NCBI RefSeq assembly: GCF_001447785.1
Contig: NW_015175971.1
Location: 1,919,778 to 1,983,777, forward strand
DNA: 64,000 nucleotides
Direction of reading: 5' to 3'
From: Gekko japonicus
Taxonomy: Eukaryota
Position 1 is the first letter of the stretch, and each line of letters starts with the position of its first letter. The notes under the pieces are model-generated. The model saw nothing but the letters and a program-made list of their open reading frames with translations. It did not search any database and had not been told where the DNA came from. Shown one piece after another: positions 39,541 to 50,820 of this stretch. Position numbers and translations under genes: made by a program.

Positions 39541-39548
39541 GAACACAA
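36900..39548 (-). CDS. BovB endonuclease-reverse transcriptase ORF (882 aa; lacks its true N-terminus)
   Basis: APE motifs QVYAPT, GDWNAKVG, NQIDYI and GSDH. RT motifs FIDYAKAFDCVDH, GVRQGCILSP and LRYADDTTL. C-terminus HGVAKSRTRL is characteristic of BovB. Confidence 0.92.
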   Translation of the reverse strand: MCSGVAFIVNKRVQKAVLGYNLKNDRMISVRFQGKPFNITVIQVYAPTTDAEEAEVDRFYEDLQHLIELTPKHDVLIIIGDWNAKVGSEKVTGITDKFGLGKQNEAGQRLTEFCQENTLVIANTLFQQPKRRLYTWTSPDGQHRNQIDYIICSQRWRSSIQSVKTRPGADCGSDHELLIAKFRLKLKKIGKTTRPFRFDLDHIPDEYTVEVKNRFKGLDLIDRVPEELWTEVRDIVQEAAITTIPKKKKCKKAKWLSDEALQIAEERRKAKGKGEKERFTQLNADFQRTARRDKEAFLNEQCKVIEENNRMGRTRDLFKKVGEIKGAFHAKLAMIKDKNGRDLTEAEEIRKRWQEYTEELYKKDLDVLDNHDGIITDLEPDILECEVKWALESIANNKASGGDGIPAELFKVLEEDAVKVLHSICQQIWKTQQWPQDWKRSVYIPIPKKGNAKECSNYRTIALISHASKVMLKILQARLQQYVDRELPEVQAGFRRGRGTRDQIANIRWIMEKAREYQKNIYFCFIDYAKAFDCVDHNKLWQVLKEMGVPDHLTCLLRNLYKGQEATVRTGYGTTDWFSIGKGVRQGCILSPCLFNIYAEYIMRNAGLDESQAGIKIAGEKINNLRYADDTTLMAESEKDLKSLLLRVKEESAKVGLKLNIKKTKIMASGPITPWQIEGEVVEVVTDFTFLGSQITADCDSSHEIKRRLLLGRKAMANLNSMIKSRDITLPTKVRMVKAMVFPVVMYGCESWTIRKAERRRIDSFELWCWRRLLRVPWTARRTNQSILKEINPDCSLEGQIMKLKLKYFGHQMRREHSLEKTLMLGKIEGQRRRGRQRMRWLDSVSDATNMKLSQLRRTAEDRRAWREIVHGVAKSRTRLCD

Positions 39549-41178
39549 GCACCTTCTTCACAGAGGCAAAAAAAAAAAAGGAGCAGCTTTGGCTTCTGTA
39601 ACATTTAACCTGACAGAGCAAGATGAAGGGCGAAGAAAAGACAACATGGGGCTTTTATTGTTTAGACAAGGGTCTTGTCAGATCAGGTAGCCTCTCTGCA
39701 GCCTTGATGCACTGAGAGTGCCACGCTGGAGAAAGCTGACAGTGGGAAAACATGGCGAGAAAAAGAAGGTAACTGAAGAAAACATTGTGTAGACATTTCA
39801 CAGGATGCATCAAAATTAATCCCAGCCCTGTTGAAGGGCAGCATCTAGAAAACATCATTCAAAGCAACAGATTTGGCGTTGGTCTGAGAGCTGGTAGGGA
39901 GGGGCTGTTGCCTCTACTCGTGGTGCTGCTCAGCATGTCACCATCTGCTTTCGAACTAGAAACCAAGCCAAAGTTGGACACTGGTAGACAACTTACCATG
40001 AGCCAAAAGGCTGAAGAAACTAATTTGTCTATTTTAGATTTACCTTTTGCTGTTATGGACATGGCAGATCATGAGTGATAGGTCACACAGGAACTGTCTT
40101 ATAAAGGCAGAAATGTAGAATGCCTTATTTAAAACATTCCCGGCATGGGGATATTACAGTGGGTGGCCACCACATGCAGAATTTTCCATCATCCTCTAAA
40201 AAAGAAAGAAAGAACAAAACCAGTCCTTGCATCTCTAAGGGCCAGAAACTTTTCATAGTTTAGACAATTCTCAGGCAGCACATGCAGTAAACACATGAAC
40301 CCAGGATGGCAGTTTGCCTACCTGGCAAGGACAAGAAGGTTTCAATAAAACTGAGCTTAGTCATGCACTGTGAACATGGTCTCTAGAGACAGCCTTGTGG
40401 CTTTTCTCTAGTGCTGACACATACATTCTTAGTAATGTGAGTTCACCATCAAACCTCTTATAGGATGTAGCTTTAGTATTTGCACATTCCCTGCATTCTG
40501 GGAACCCTTTCCCCATCAACCTGTCTGTGGAAGAACAGCTTGTTCGTTACTGCAAAATTCCAGCATGTTGCAAGGACCCTGGGGCCCATCCTGTTAGGCT
40601 GAGCTGCTCCCTGCACTAACTGTATGTACAACACTTCCTGAGACTGTGCATTGTATGGGAGTAACAGAGGACAGGTTGGTGTGTGGACTGCTTGGCTGCT
40701 ATCAGTCACCTGCTCTTACAGCTCCCAGAAACACACAGTTCAAGAGCCACTGCTGTGATTGGCTTCAGTTCAGCTAACGGCAAGTAACTGATTCTGATAT
40801 TATGTAGGCACTTATAAATTAGGAACCCCCAAGATTTTAACCTTAATGCTGAAAACTGAATGAACATGAGTGGATGATGAAAGAAATTAAGCTCCAGGCA
40901 TACAAACTTTTCTAACTCCACCTTTGATACTGCCCTCCTCCCTAGTGTTGTCCAGCAATTGCTTGGACAGATGTGAAATAGCCTTGTTCATGTTTCTCAA
41001 TGGGAAATGATTCTATGGTCTATATGCCGAGCTGCAGCAATTTTTTGTAGACCTATGCAAGTCCTGAAAACAGTCAGGTGACATTATTGTTCTGCATCTT
41101 GAATTGGTAACGTGTCAGCGTTCAAGAAAGTTTTGCCCATCCCTAGGCAGAACCCCATGCTTGCTTAAGAGAGAGTTA

Positions 41179-41619
41179 GGTCCCGTTCACACGCGGCGAT
41201 TTGGTCCGGGAGCGGGCCAGTTCGGGGCCGGATCAAACCGGCGCGATCACACCACAACATCTGGGAAGCGTCCTGCTTCCGTCCCCGAACTGGCCCTTTC
41301 CCGGGAAAAGCCGCCGCAAACTGAACCACCTACCTTGGTGGTTCATTCTGTAGCTGCGGGGCAAACCGGGCGTTTGATCGCCGGCGCGTCCTTGCGCCGG
41401 CACAACCCCGGCCCGGAGCCGAACTGCGCATGCTCCGACATGCGCAGTTCGTCCGGCTCCCGGTTAGGGCCGTATTTTCTCCCCGGCGTTTGATCGCGCC
41501 GGGGAGAAAAGGCGCCGCGGCCAGGGGATCCGTGGGATCCCGCCGCGGCGTCTCAACGTTGGCGCGGCTTTTAAAAGCTGCACCTTAAGAGGCATTTCCC
41601 CTGCTGTGTGGCAGGGGCC
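41179..41619 (+). mobile_element. PIF/Harbinger-type MITE, copy 1
   Basis: GG...CC termini with imperfect TIRs (ggtcccgttcacac / gtgtggcaggggcc), 3-bp TSD TTA, CpG-rich, homologous to 48028-48418 in the opposite orientation. Confidence 0.85.
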
Positions 41620-42412
41620 TTAAAGCCAGATTTTTTTAGGACTTCAAGATGATACAATGATTCCTAAAAGGCTGGCCAATAACCCTTTCTCTTCAGCTCT
41701 CATAGGTTACATGGGCAGATCAGAGGGCTTTCAAGACGACCTATAGTAATGCTTAGAAAAATTACATTACTGCACTTCCTTCAGTAAATGTGTATTATCC
41801 CTCTCTCCAAGAAGTAGCCAACAGAGAGCCAAATAAGATGCTGGGCGACAGAAAAAGTCGTATACAATGCTTATAAAATTACCACCACTAGCTCTTTGCT
41901 TAGAATCAATGATGTGTTGGAGATTCTACACATTCCGTGCTAACATGTGTATGAATGTCAAGAATGAATGTCACAGTGGGTGCTAAGGCAGAATACAGCA
42001 ATGCTGCAAATCCATCCTCTGCTAATGATCCACTGACTAAACTTTGTCAATTCTCTAAACTTTCAGCTGACTGCTGACAGAAAGCCTGCAACCCTCATGG
42101 GGCTGTGGTTGCTTTGCAGGGGCACCCAAGAAGGTCAGAGGACAGCATGAGGAAACTATCTCCTAGTCTGACTGTCTTCATCTTGCAGCTTAAGCACCTC
42201 TCCAACTAACTCCCTGAGGATGTCTTGCAAGAGACCTTCAAACCACAGCCACAGTTCTTTACCTGTAAAATAGGAACAGTTAACCTGTGAAGTATTAGCA
42301 TAAACTGAGGAATATATTTCTTAGCTCTGCTTTTGAAGTCTTGCCCAAGTCTGAGCATCTTTCTGAAGAAGGGGATATAGTTAGAGAGAGACAAGATACA
42401 CAGAAGTCACTT

Positions 42413-43572
42413 TAACATAAGAAAAGCCCTGCTGGATCAGAACAGTGGTTCATCTAGTTCAGCATCCTGTTTCACACAGTGGCCAACCAATTGCTGTAGA
42501 GGGCCAACAAACAGGGTACAGAGGCCGGCCTTCTCCTGGTGTTGCCTATCAGTAGGTTTCAAAGGTTTCCTGCCTCTGAATGTGGAGGTTCTCCATTTTT
42601 ACTCACCACAGCTAGTAGCCATTGATGGACCTATCCCTCCATGAATCTTTCTAATCCCCTTTTAAAGCCATCTATGCTCGTGGCCATCCCTATTAGGATG
42701 GGCATGAATCTAAATTTGTCATGAAAATCACCCAGTTCATGAGCAGAGGGTCATGCGATTATGCCTGCAACAAATCTCCCACAATCCTCCACGGTTTTTA
42801 TGGAAGTTCGTGTGGTTCATGTCAACAGTTCGCGTGGCAAACATGCTGGCGCTGATCAATTAATTGTCAAAGCAATGGGTGGGGGGATGGACTTCTGCAG
42901 CCCTGGAAATACCAATAGTGGCCCTCCAAAGCTCAACAGGCAGCGCTGGCTGCCAATGAGAGCTCCCATTCAGCTCAATGGGAGCATATTCTCCAAGCTC
43001 ACACGCAGCCATTTTTTTTCATCGGCAGCAGGCGCGTTGCAGTTAGAAGCAAAGAGGGAAGGGAACTGAAGTCATTCTTCAGTATGAACAGTGGGATTGG
43101 GGTCCTGAAATTGCAGCTGTGATTTCCACCGAGGGCAGTTTCCTTGGGGCACCTGATTTGGGGGGCAGATAGAGAAGAGTCAGCTGGAGACTCACGGCAA
43201 GTTTAGCAACTGTAGCCCACAGGGAGCTGTTCTACCGTATCACGAACCTCACAAAATGAACTGGTTGGGTAAACGTGAACGTTCTTGTGGCCCCAAGAAC
43301 CATGAACCTCAGTTTTCCCAGTTCATGCCCATCCCTAAACTATATCCTTTTGTCTGCCCTTTATCTATTGCTCATCAACTTCACTGAGCGCCCCTAAGTT
43401 CTAGCATTATAAGAGAGAGAGAAAGCTCCCTCTATCCACTTCCTCCATCCCATGCATAACTTTAGAAATCTCTATCATGTCCCTTTTGAGATGTCTTTTT
43501 TATAAATTAAAATGTCCCAGACTCTTCAGCCTTTCCTAATAGGAAAGGTGCTCCAATCCCTTGATCATCTTC
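42413..43572 (-). mobile_element. CR1 LINE 3' fragment interrupted by a MITE
   Basis: taacataagaaaagccctgctggatcag (CR1 3' end) runs to about 42693 and resumes near 43345 with ORF2-end sequence ...cccagactcttcagcctttcctaataggaaaggtgctccaatcccttgatcat. Confidence 0.75.
42694..43337. mobile_element. TIR-bounded non-autonomous DNA transposon (hAT-like TAGG termini) inside CR1
   Basis: Inverted termini taggatgggcatgaa ... ttcatgcccatcccta. No clean TSD. Confidence 0.65.
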
Positions 43573-44037
43573 CTGGAGTTCCACAATTTTAAGCTGTCAC
43601 CTGCCCCAAGTCAAACCTTTGTGATACAGAGGATCATATATCCTGTTGACAAACCCAAAACAGTTATTTTCTCTCAGCCTAACCTACCTCACAGGATTGT
43701 TTTGGAAAAATGTATTTGATACTTCTCTATCTGCTTCTGGCATATCTAAAAGCCTATGGTCCATAAATCTGTAGTTTAATCCTTAGCTCACCCACAACTC
43801 TTTCCTAGCCCCACCAATAAACAGGCAGATAATACTATTGGCCTACATTACAAGATTGTTGACAGCATTACTGAGATCACAGATATGAAACATTATGTAA
43901 AAATCTTCTACTACTACAGCATTTTGAATCCTTGAAATGCATGATCTGATAATTACTACCATAATTGCTGCAATCTCAAAAAGTGTGATCTAGGATATAC
44001 AATTGTACTCTGCTTCCATAAACTAGGTGATGAATAC

Positions 44038-44887
44038 TAGGGGTATGCGTTCAGCATAAACGGAACCAAAAATACCCCCAAAATACTGTATTTGGCTTAA
44101 AGAATACAGCTGAGCCTGAAAAAAGCTGAGGGGGGGGGGTTTTATTCGGGTGTATCACAGCTCTGCACTGCCTTGACTAGGGCTGGCTGGCTCCTCTTGT
44201 CCGAGCTGCAAGAGGAGTCAGCCCAGGATTGGCCAGGGTGGCTGAAGCTGAGAGCTCTACACGCGCCCCAACTGATCCTCTCTTGCAACTCCGAGCTGCA
44301 ACAGCGAATCAGCTGGGGCAGTGCAGAGTTGGGAGCTCCCACCGCCCAGCCGCCCACCAATCCTGGGTTGGTGAGTTCAATTGGAAGGCTTTTAAAGGGA
44401 CTGCGAGCCCTTTAAACGCCTTCAGAGATCTCCAAGCTATGGAGTCCCATGGCTTGGAGAAGGCGTTTAGAGGGACCACGATCTCTTTAAATGCCTATCC
44501 ACCCCTCCATTGGTTTCAATGGAGGATGGGGGCACCTTCTTTGGGGGCCCATAGAATAGGAACTCCTAACCCAATCTTTTTGAGACTGGGTGTTGTTATT
44601 TTTTCGCAGCATAGATGCTGGTGTCTCTACCTCCAAAACAGCCCCCCGAACCCCCAGATCAATTCTCCACTCTAGCCTATGGGGACCATTACAGTCAGTG
44701 GTCCCCATAGGCTATATAATGGAGCCTGGGGAGAAATGGGTTTCTTAAATATTTACCAAATCCAAATACCATACCGATACTGGGATTCAGGAATATCAGG
44801 ATATACCAATATTTTTCGGGTTCAATATATCTAAACATGAAAAATACCAAGGGGTTTTTTTTTGGGGGGGGGGGTTGCACACCCCCA
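44038..44887. mobile_element. hAT-type non-autonomous element
   Basis: Termini taggggtatgc / gcacaccccca. 8-bp TSD atgaatac (44030-44037) versus atgagcac (44888-44895), 6/8 match. Confidence 0.7.
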
Positions 44888-44959
44888 ATGAGCACTATAT
44901 TTCCTTTTTTAGCTCTTCAGTTTCTGGATTATTGTACTGAAAATCCAGCTTCCTAAAAA

Positions 44960-45500
44960 ATGAACCAACTGATTGCATTTGCATTTGCAAAAAGGCATCA
45001 AGAATTACAGGCCTTAAAAGCCCTCTGGAAAAAGACCCTTCCCGCCCTTTGAAATGACAAGGGGTCAGTTTGAGGATGAGCTGTTGCTAGGCGACGGATA
45101 GCCACAAAACATCTTGATAGTATTTAAGACAGAAGAATAGATAGGGAGTGTTGATTAATGAATGCGTTTCAGCAATAATGAAAGCAAGTATCAAAATGTA
45201 TCCATATTTTATTAAAGACTGAGAGAAATATTACATTTGTATGGTATTTCCCAAAGCAAGCGCAACATGCAATCCTTCTTGCTATAAAGCTCCTTTACAA
45301 TATGCTGAAAAAGTGCAATAAGCCGCAATGGTTCTATGATGTCCGACTAGAAGCACACAGGCATCTATTGAGAAGTATTCAAAATGAGTCTAGTCCTGCA
45401 ACCGAAGCATGCAAGTAAAATAAGAGGAAAGATTAAATATCTCTTTACCTAATTAGTGTCCAATATCTTTTTAAAAACACCTCTAAGGGAGTTACTGTAA
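44960..45500. promoter_or_regulatory. Candidate intronic enhancer
   Basis: RFX-like GTTGCTAGGCGAC at 45083-45095, PBX-HOX-type TGATTAAT at 45152-45159, TGACA and CTAATTAG, in repeat-free sequence. Confidence 0.4.
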
Positions 45501-45599
45501 AATGCACAGATCAAAAGCTTTATCTCGAAAAATTTCTCACTAAACTGAGGTCCAAGAAATTTGTAGAAATCCATATTTCTTTGGAGAGGAAATTGTGAT

Positions 45600-45765
45600 A
45601 CTGGATCAGCTTAAATACATAAGTATTTGGATGGGAGACGTTCAAAGAATACCAGGGCCAGGAAGCAGAGGGCAAGCGACTTCTCTGAACATCCTCCATG
45701 CCCCAATAGGAGTCGCCAGAGGTCGCCATGGCTTCCAGGCATGGGCATACACACACATGCACAAC
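45600..45765 (+). mobile_element. 5S rRNA-derived SINE, 5'-truncated second copy
   Basis: aagtatttggatgggagac...gaataccag...tctctgaacatcctcca.gcccc...ccagaggtcgcca plus a CA-rich tail, homologous to 26134-26352. Confidence 0.7.
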
Positions 45766-48027
45766 CCCCCCCCCAGTATTACCTCCTCTCACAAAGTTTC
45801 CAAATACTACAATTTGTTTTATTTTAAATGTTTATATCCCACATTGACAAAGAATTAACAAATAAAAATTTTCAAAGCCTCTTACAATGCAATGGTCAAT
45901 AACTGAACCACCACAATAAAATACTGCATGACTATAAAACATACAGCAGCAGACAGATCAACCCCTCTGGTAACAATAACAAAGAACCAGCCTATAGAAA
46001 CTAGACTAAAATCCTGGGCGAGTCTTCAGAATCAAACAAGCCCAGATGTTTTGCATCTTTAGAAGCCTTTCAAGGCACTCAAGAAAGGGGTACATACTGC
46101 AACAGAAAATTCTAGAGCATTAGTACTGCCAGTTTCCAAATTTCCATTGTGTACCCAGTTTCCAAATTTCTGAGGGCAGCGGGACAGGCAGACAGGTCTC
46201 TTCAGCTGATATAAAGAAGTGTGTAGGTTATTGCTGGAGAAGGTGGCAAAAATGCTACACTTATTAGTTTAATCACTTTTATCCAATGTCCTCAGTTCTT
46301 TGCTTTGTTTAAAAGACACAGTGTGTTACACAGTTTCAGACCCTTCCAGCTACAGCAGAGGTGCAAAGCAAGCTTGGGTGATTCAACCAAGGGGTCTAGA
46401 AAAGATGTAAAGAATCCCAAGAACTACATTAGAAGCAGAACTGAAATGTGTGTCAACCACTTCTTGCTTTAACAGCTCCAAGTTAGGTTTTAACTTTTCT
46501 ACCACCACCTCTTCTTCCTCTCCAGTATAACTGTTTCAAACAAGTCGGCAGCTTATTGGTATCAATCTAGCTACTGAATTCTCTCAGCACTTATCTGCAC
46601 CTGCAAGGGTTGCAGCTACTGCACATACCAGTCTGAAACATCCACCACACAATTGCGCTAAGGTAGTAACAACTGCACGGACACAGACCACTCCAAATTT
46701 GCAGCTGTAATCAGTTTATGGCGGCCCGATGTCAACAACTGGGCAGCAAGGGTTTCTAATGATCTTAAGAGGCAATTCACTGTTCAAACCCCGAGCAAGA
46801 GATGCAAATGTGCCACTGAACACTCCTTATTACATACCCACAGGCTACAATAAGTGGTCCGTGTCTTCTGAGAACATCCTAATTAGATGAATACAGATCT
46901 GGAGGGGAGGGGGAAGAGAAGAGATGCAAAAACCAGGTCAGGAAGGAAGATTGCTGTCAACCCACCCCCACCCAAAACAAAACAATTTGCACCTTACAAN
47001 NNNNNNNNNNNNNNNNNNNNNNNNNNNATACATTTATACGGAGCAAGAAAGCAGAGCCCAGTACTTCACAGAGGTAGAGTTGCGCCTTTCCTACCCCCCC
47101 CCCCCCGCCCCATCCACTGAAACGCACTGAAAAGAACGTTATTGTTCACTCTACGGCTTCCAATTCTTTCCGGAGTTATGCCTCAGCAATTATTCTATGA
47201 ATAATATATTATGCAAAGGTCCAGTTTTAAATCAAATTTACTCAAGATCATCTGCATATAGTATATGCACAGATACAGAAGTGTTACACTCTGTAGTGGG
47301 GATGGCCACACGGAGTCTTGAGAATTATAATTTTGTTGCATGTGCATTTGGGCTAATGTCCCATTAGACTGGGCGAACATTGCACAAATTAGTCCTAGTG
47401 CTTTTTAGAGATCCCATCCTCATGATTATTGTTCAAATAAGATGCCTGTGGCACAGCACAGCACAGATCACCTCTTGGTTTTACATTGCCCTGCCCTGTT
47501 TTTCTGGCCCTGAATTGATCCTTCTGGCCTTTAAATTGTTCTAACCTGATGCATTAGAACACAGAAGTCACAGAAGCAAGCTCCCTACTGAAATCCTCTG
47601 GTTTTGAACTGTCAAATGCTAATGATACTACAACACACATTGCTCAAGTACTCTCTGGAATGTTCATGTGTGGCAAGGCATATGCCTAAATGAGAAGTCT
47701 CAAGCCACACGGAAACAAAGTTGATGGATTCATCTCTTTCTTCTCTTTCATCCACCCCCTCCACCACCACGGCCCCTCTCATTTCTTTTTCTCAAGCTGC
47801 TTCCCTTTCACAACATAGCCCTATCCTGTATACAAAGTTTATTCTAACATTCAGCCAAACATTTTCTGTGCTGGGGGGGGGGGGAGTGTGCAACAGAAAC
47901 TAAATTTTTGTACAGGAAGACCTGTGGGGTTTAATAACGAGCTTGGTTAGGTCTTCTTCGATAGAGATGTGCAAAGGGAAGATAAAAAGAAACCAAATGT
48001 GAAAAGGAACACTGTTTGGCTTATACT

Positions 48028-48418
48028 GGCCCCTGCCACATGGCAGGGGAAAAGACTCTTAAGGCGCGGCTTTTAAAATCCCCTGGCCGTGGCGGATCCC
48101 CTGGCCGCAGCGCCTTTTCTCCCTGGCGCGATCAAACGCCGGGGAGAAAACACGGCCCGAACGGGAGCCGGCCGAACTGCGCATGTCCGAGCATGCGCAG
48201 TTCGGCTCCGGGCCGGGGTTGAGCCGGCGCAAGGAAGCGCCGGCGATCAAACGCCCAGCTTGAAGCGCGCCTACAATTTGCGCCGGATTAGGGCGGGGAA
48301 GGGCCAGTTCGGGCACGGAAGCAGGACGCTTCCCAGATGTTGTGGTGTGATCGCGCCGGTTTGATCCGGCCCCGAACTGGCCCGCAACTGGCCCAAATCC
48401 CCTCGTGTGGACGGGACC
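48028..48418 (-). mobile_element. PIF/Harbinger-type MITE, copy 2 (inverted relative to copy 1)
   Basis: act|ggcccctgccaca...gtgtggacgggacc|act gives a 3-bp TSD ACT. Long shared blocks with 41179-41619. Confidence 0.85.
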
Positions 48419-49729
48419 ACTGTTGCTTATATTCTCTTCCTTCCTTCTAGTTAGAAAATAAACTCTGGGATTCACACTCATGGATGGGGGGGGGGGTAGG
48501 GAAGGTGTGGCAGTGGTGGCGGCTGCAGCAAGGAAAATACTGGGAATAAACCTTATCTTGGTACTGGGCATCTATACCAACATCACAAATTATGAACACA
48601 CATGGAACATCTTTATTCTGAGACAGGCACTGGCCTAACTTGACCATCACTGCTTGCCGACTCCAAGGCCTCAGGAAAATTTCTTTTCCAATTTAAAGTT
48701 TCTTTTAACTGGAGGTACCAGGGTTTGAACCTGGGGGGAGGAGGAGGAGAAGATCAAACTAGAAAACAAGGCACTGATAGCTGATTGGACCGCTGCTGTT
48801 CCCACTGTGAACAATGTCATCCAACTTCCCTCTTTGTGCACAGGGTGATCTTGGAGCAGCCAGACTCTCATAGCCTAACCACCTCACGGGGCTGCTTTAA
48901 GGATAAAATGGAAAAGAAGGGGACCACTTATGTTACCCTGGGTTCCTTGGAAGAAGGATGAGATAGAGATGACAGGTCTGGTGACTCACCTACAGTTTTT
49001 AAGAGCTACTGCACAGGTTACATTTTTAAAGAATAACCTTGTGAGATGTTCCACACACCTATGCCAAGTGTGAATGTGACAAGAAGAGTTCACAACCTAT
49101 CTTACTACTCTGGAGCCCAGGCTCCCATGTGCGTGCACGCACTGTTGCAGGCTATGGTCTGCTGCTGCGTGTGTTATGGCCCTTGTCAAATCTTTGCCCA
49201 TGAAAACGTTGAAAAGGGACCTGACATGAAATTTTCAAAATGCCAAGGGCAGGTGATAATGCCCATAAGCCGGATCCTGGGCCAAGAGAAGAAACGAAAG
49301 GGCTATAGAAACTATTTTGCATCACTTGCCAATTAGCGAAATTCAGTAATTAGCAAAGGGTCACATCGCATTAGTATCAATTAAAGGGCATTTTACTGGG
49401 ATTGTTTTAACTGCTCACTTGCAGCAGCAGTGGATAAGATGGGGGAAGAACAGCACAGTAAAGACAATAATTGCCAAATGCTACCCCACCCTGCCTTCCA
49501 CTATCCAATGTCTTCCTTTGCTAAGGACTCACCTGAACAAAACATGTGCACTAAGTTGACTTAATCTGCATATGAATTCCATGCTAATCCACTCCCAGAT
49601 GCTGCATTCAGCAACAGATGGCTATGAGGAACAGAACCACTGCAATGAGCAAGTGTTCACAGTGGCTTATGAAGGGTTAAAGGAAATACAACTTAAATCC
49701 ATTGCATTTGCTTTGCATTGATGTGTGTG

Positions 49730-49732
<3 letters not shown>

Positions 49733-49776
<44 letters not shown>
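49733..49776. repeat. (GA)n microsatellite
   Basis: About 21-22 perfect ga units. Confidence 0.95.
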
Positions 49777-49778
<2 letters not shown>

Positions 49779-50399
49779 ATGGAAAAACACAGGAAATCTC
49801 TCATCTGAAAGATCACTTCCATATGCAGGTTTCTATGGCCTCAATTTAAGAGGGTTGTGACCTCTAAAATCCTGGAAGACTTGGATCCTGAACAGCCTAC
49901 AGGTCATTTCCTTCTCTGTATTGTTCTGCTGCAACTATAAAAACAAAGCAGAAGCACCTAGATCAGCATCATCTTTTTAAAAATGCCACATTCAAACAAT
50001 AGATGGTGTCACAACTACAAACATTTTGTGGTCTTGAGCTTATTCCCGAAATAATATCCAACACTGTGATATGGGCTCAGTAACTATTACCAGGTTTGGG
50101 AGGAAAAGTATGTATTTTTAGAAACCAGTTCCTACAGAGCAGAAGAGCAAATACTTGGTTTTCAAGATACACACGTAAATTTTCAGCACCCCAAAAGACT
50201 GTGCACCTGGCATTTTTCAGCTCTGGCTATTAATGTTATATCTAATCTTAAACAAGTTCACTACACTGACCCTTTGGGATAATGCAGAATACAAATTTAA
50301 CATGAGCCAATGAATGTTCATAGTAACAAACCTTAGATAATTACATGGGGGGGGGGAGAACTGCCCTTTTTTAAACATACGTGTGAGTACAAGAGGGCA

Positions 50400-50820
50400 A
50401 GAAAAATAGCCATGATCAACTTTACATTTTGAACTCTGTGACTGAAGCGAGAACAGAAATGGTTAATGCGCTAATTACAGTAATTAAGAGTTGCCAATTT
50501 AATTAGAGCCAGGAATATTAATGCTGTAACATTGGTTGGGAGTGCAGCAAACAAACCCTTTTAATGCAGAGACTCTGTTCACAGCCATCTAATGGGGCCC
50601 TCCTCCACACCGCCTGGCGCTTGTGCGCTGACACAACAGTGCTGGGTTCAGATTGAAGAACTTGTCAGCAATCAGGCAGGAGGAAGCTAATTAGCTGGCA
50701 GGTTAATGAGTGTGATGGCTCTTGACAGCATTTTGTTGCAAGCCTCTACTGTATTTAAACAATAAATGATTATTACTTAAATACAGAGAAGCTGGTTGGC
50801 TTATAAACAGAAAAGTACTA
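50400..50820. promoter_or_regulatory. Candidate conserved enhancer with a dense homeodomain-site cluster
   Basis: TTAATG, CTAATTAC, TAATTAA, TTAATTAG and ATTAAT within 50461-50523; palindromic AGCTAATTAGCT near 50685-50696; TGACAG near 50723; AACAAT/TAAACA. Confidence 0.5.

Noticed and set aside
41104-48571. Two ORFs sharing the peptide GQFGAGSNRRDHTTTSGKRPASVPELAL, suggesting a duplicated gene
   Set aside because: Both are translations of the two Harbinger MITE copies; there is no splice or domain evidence.
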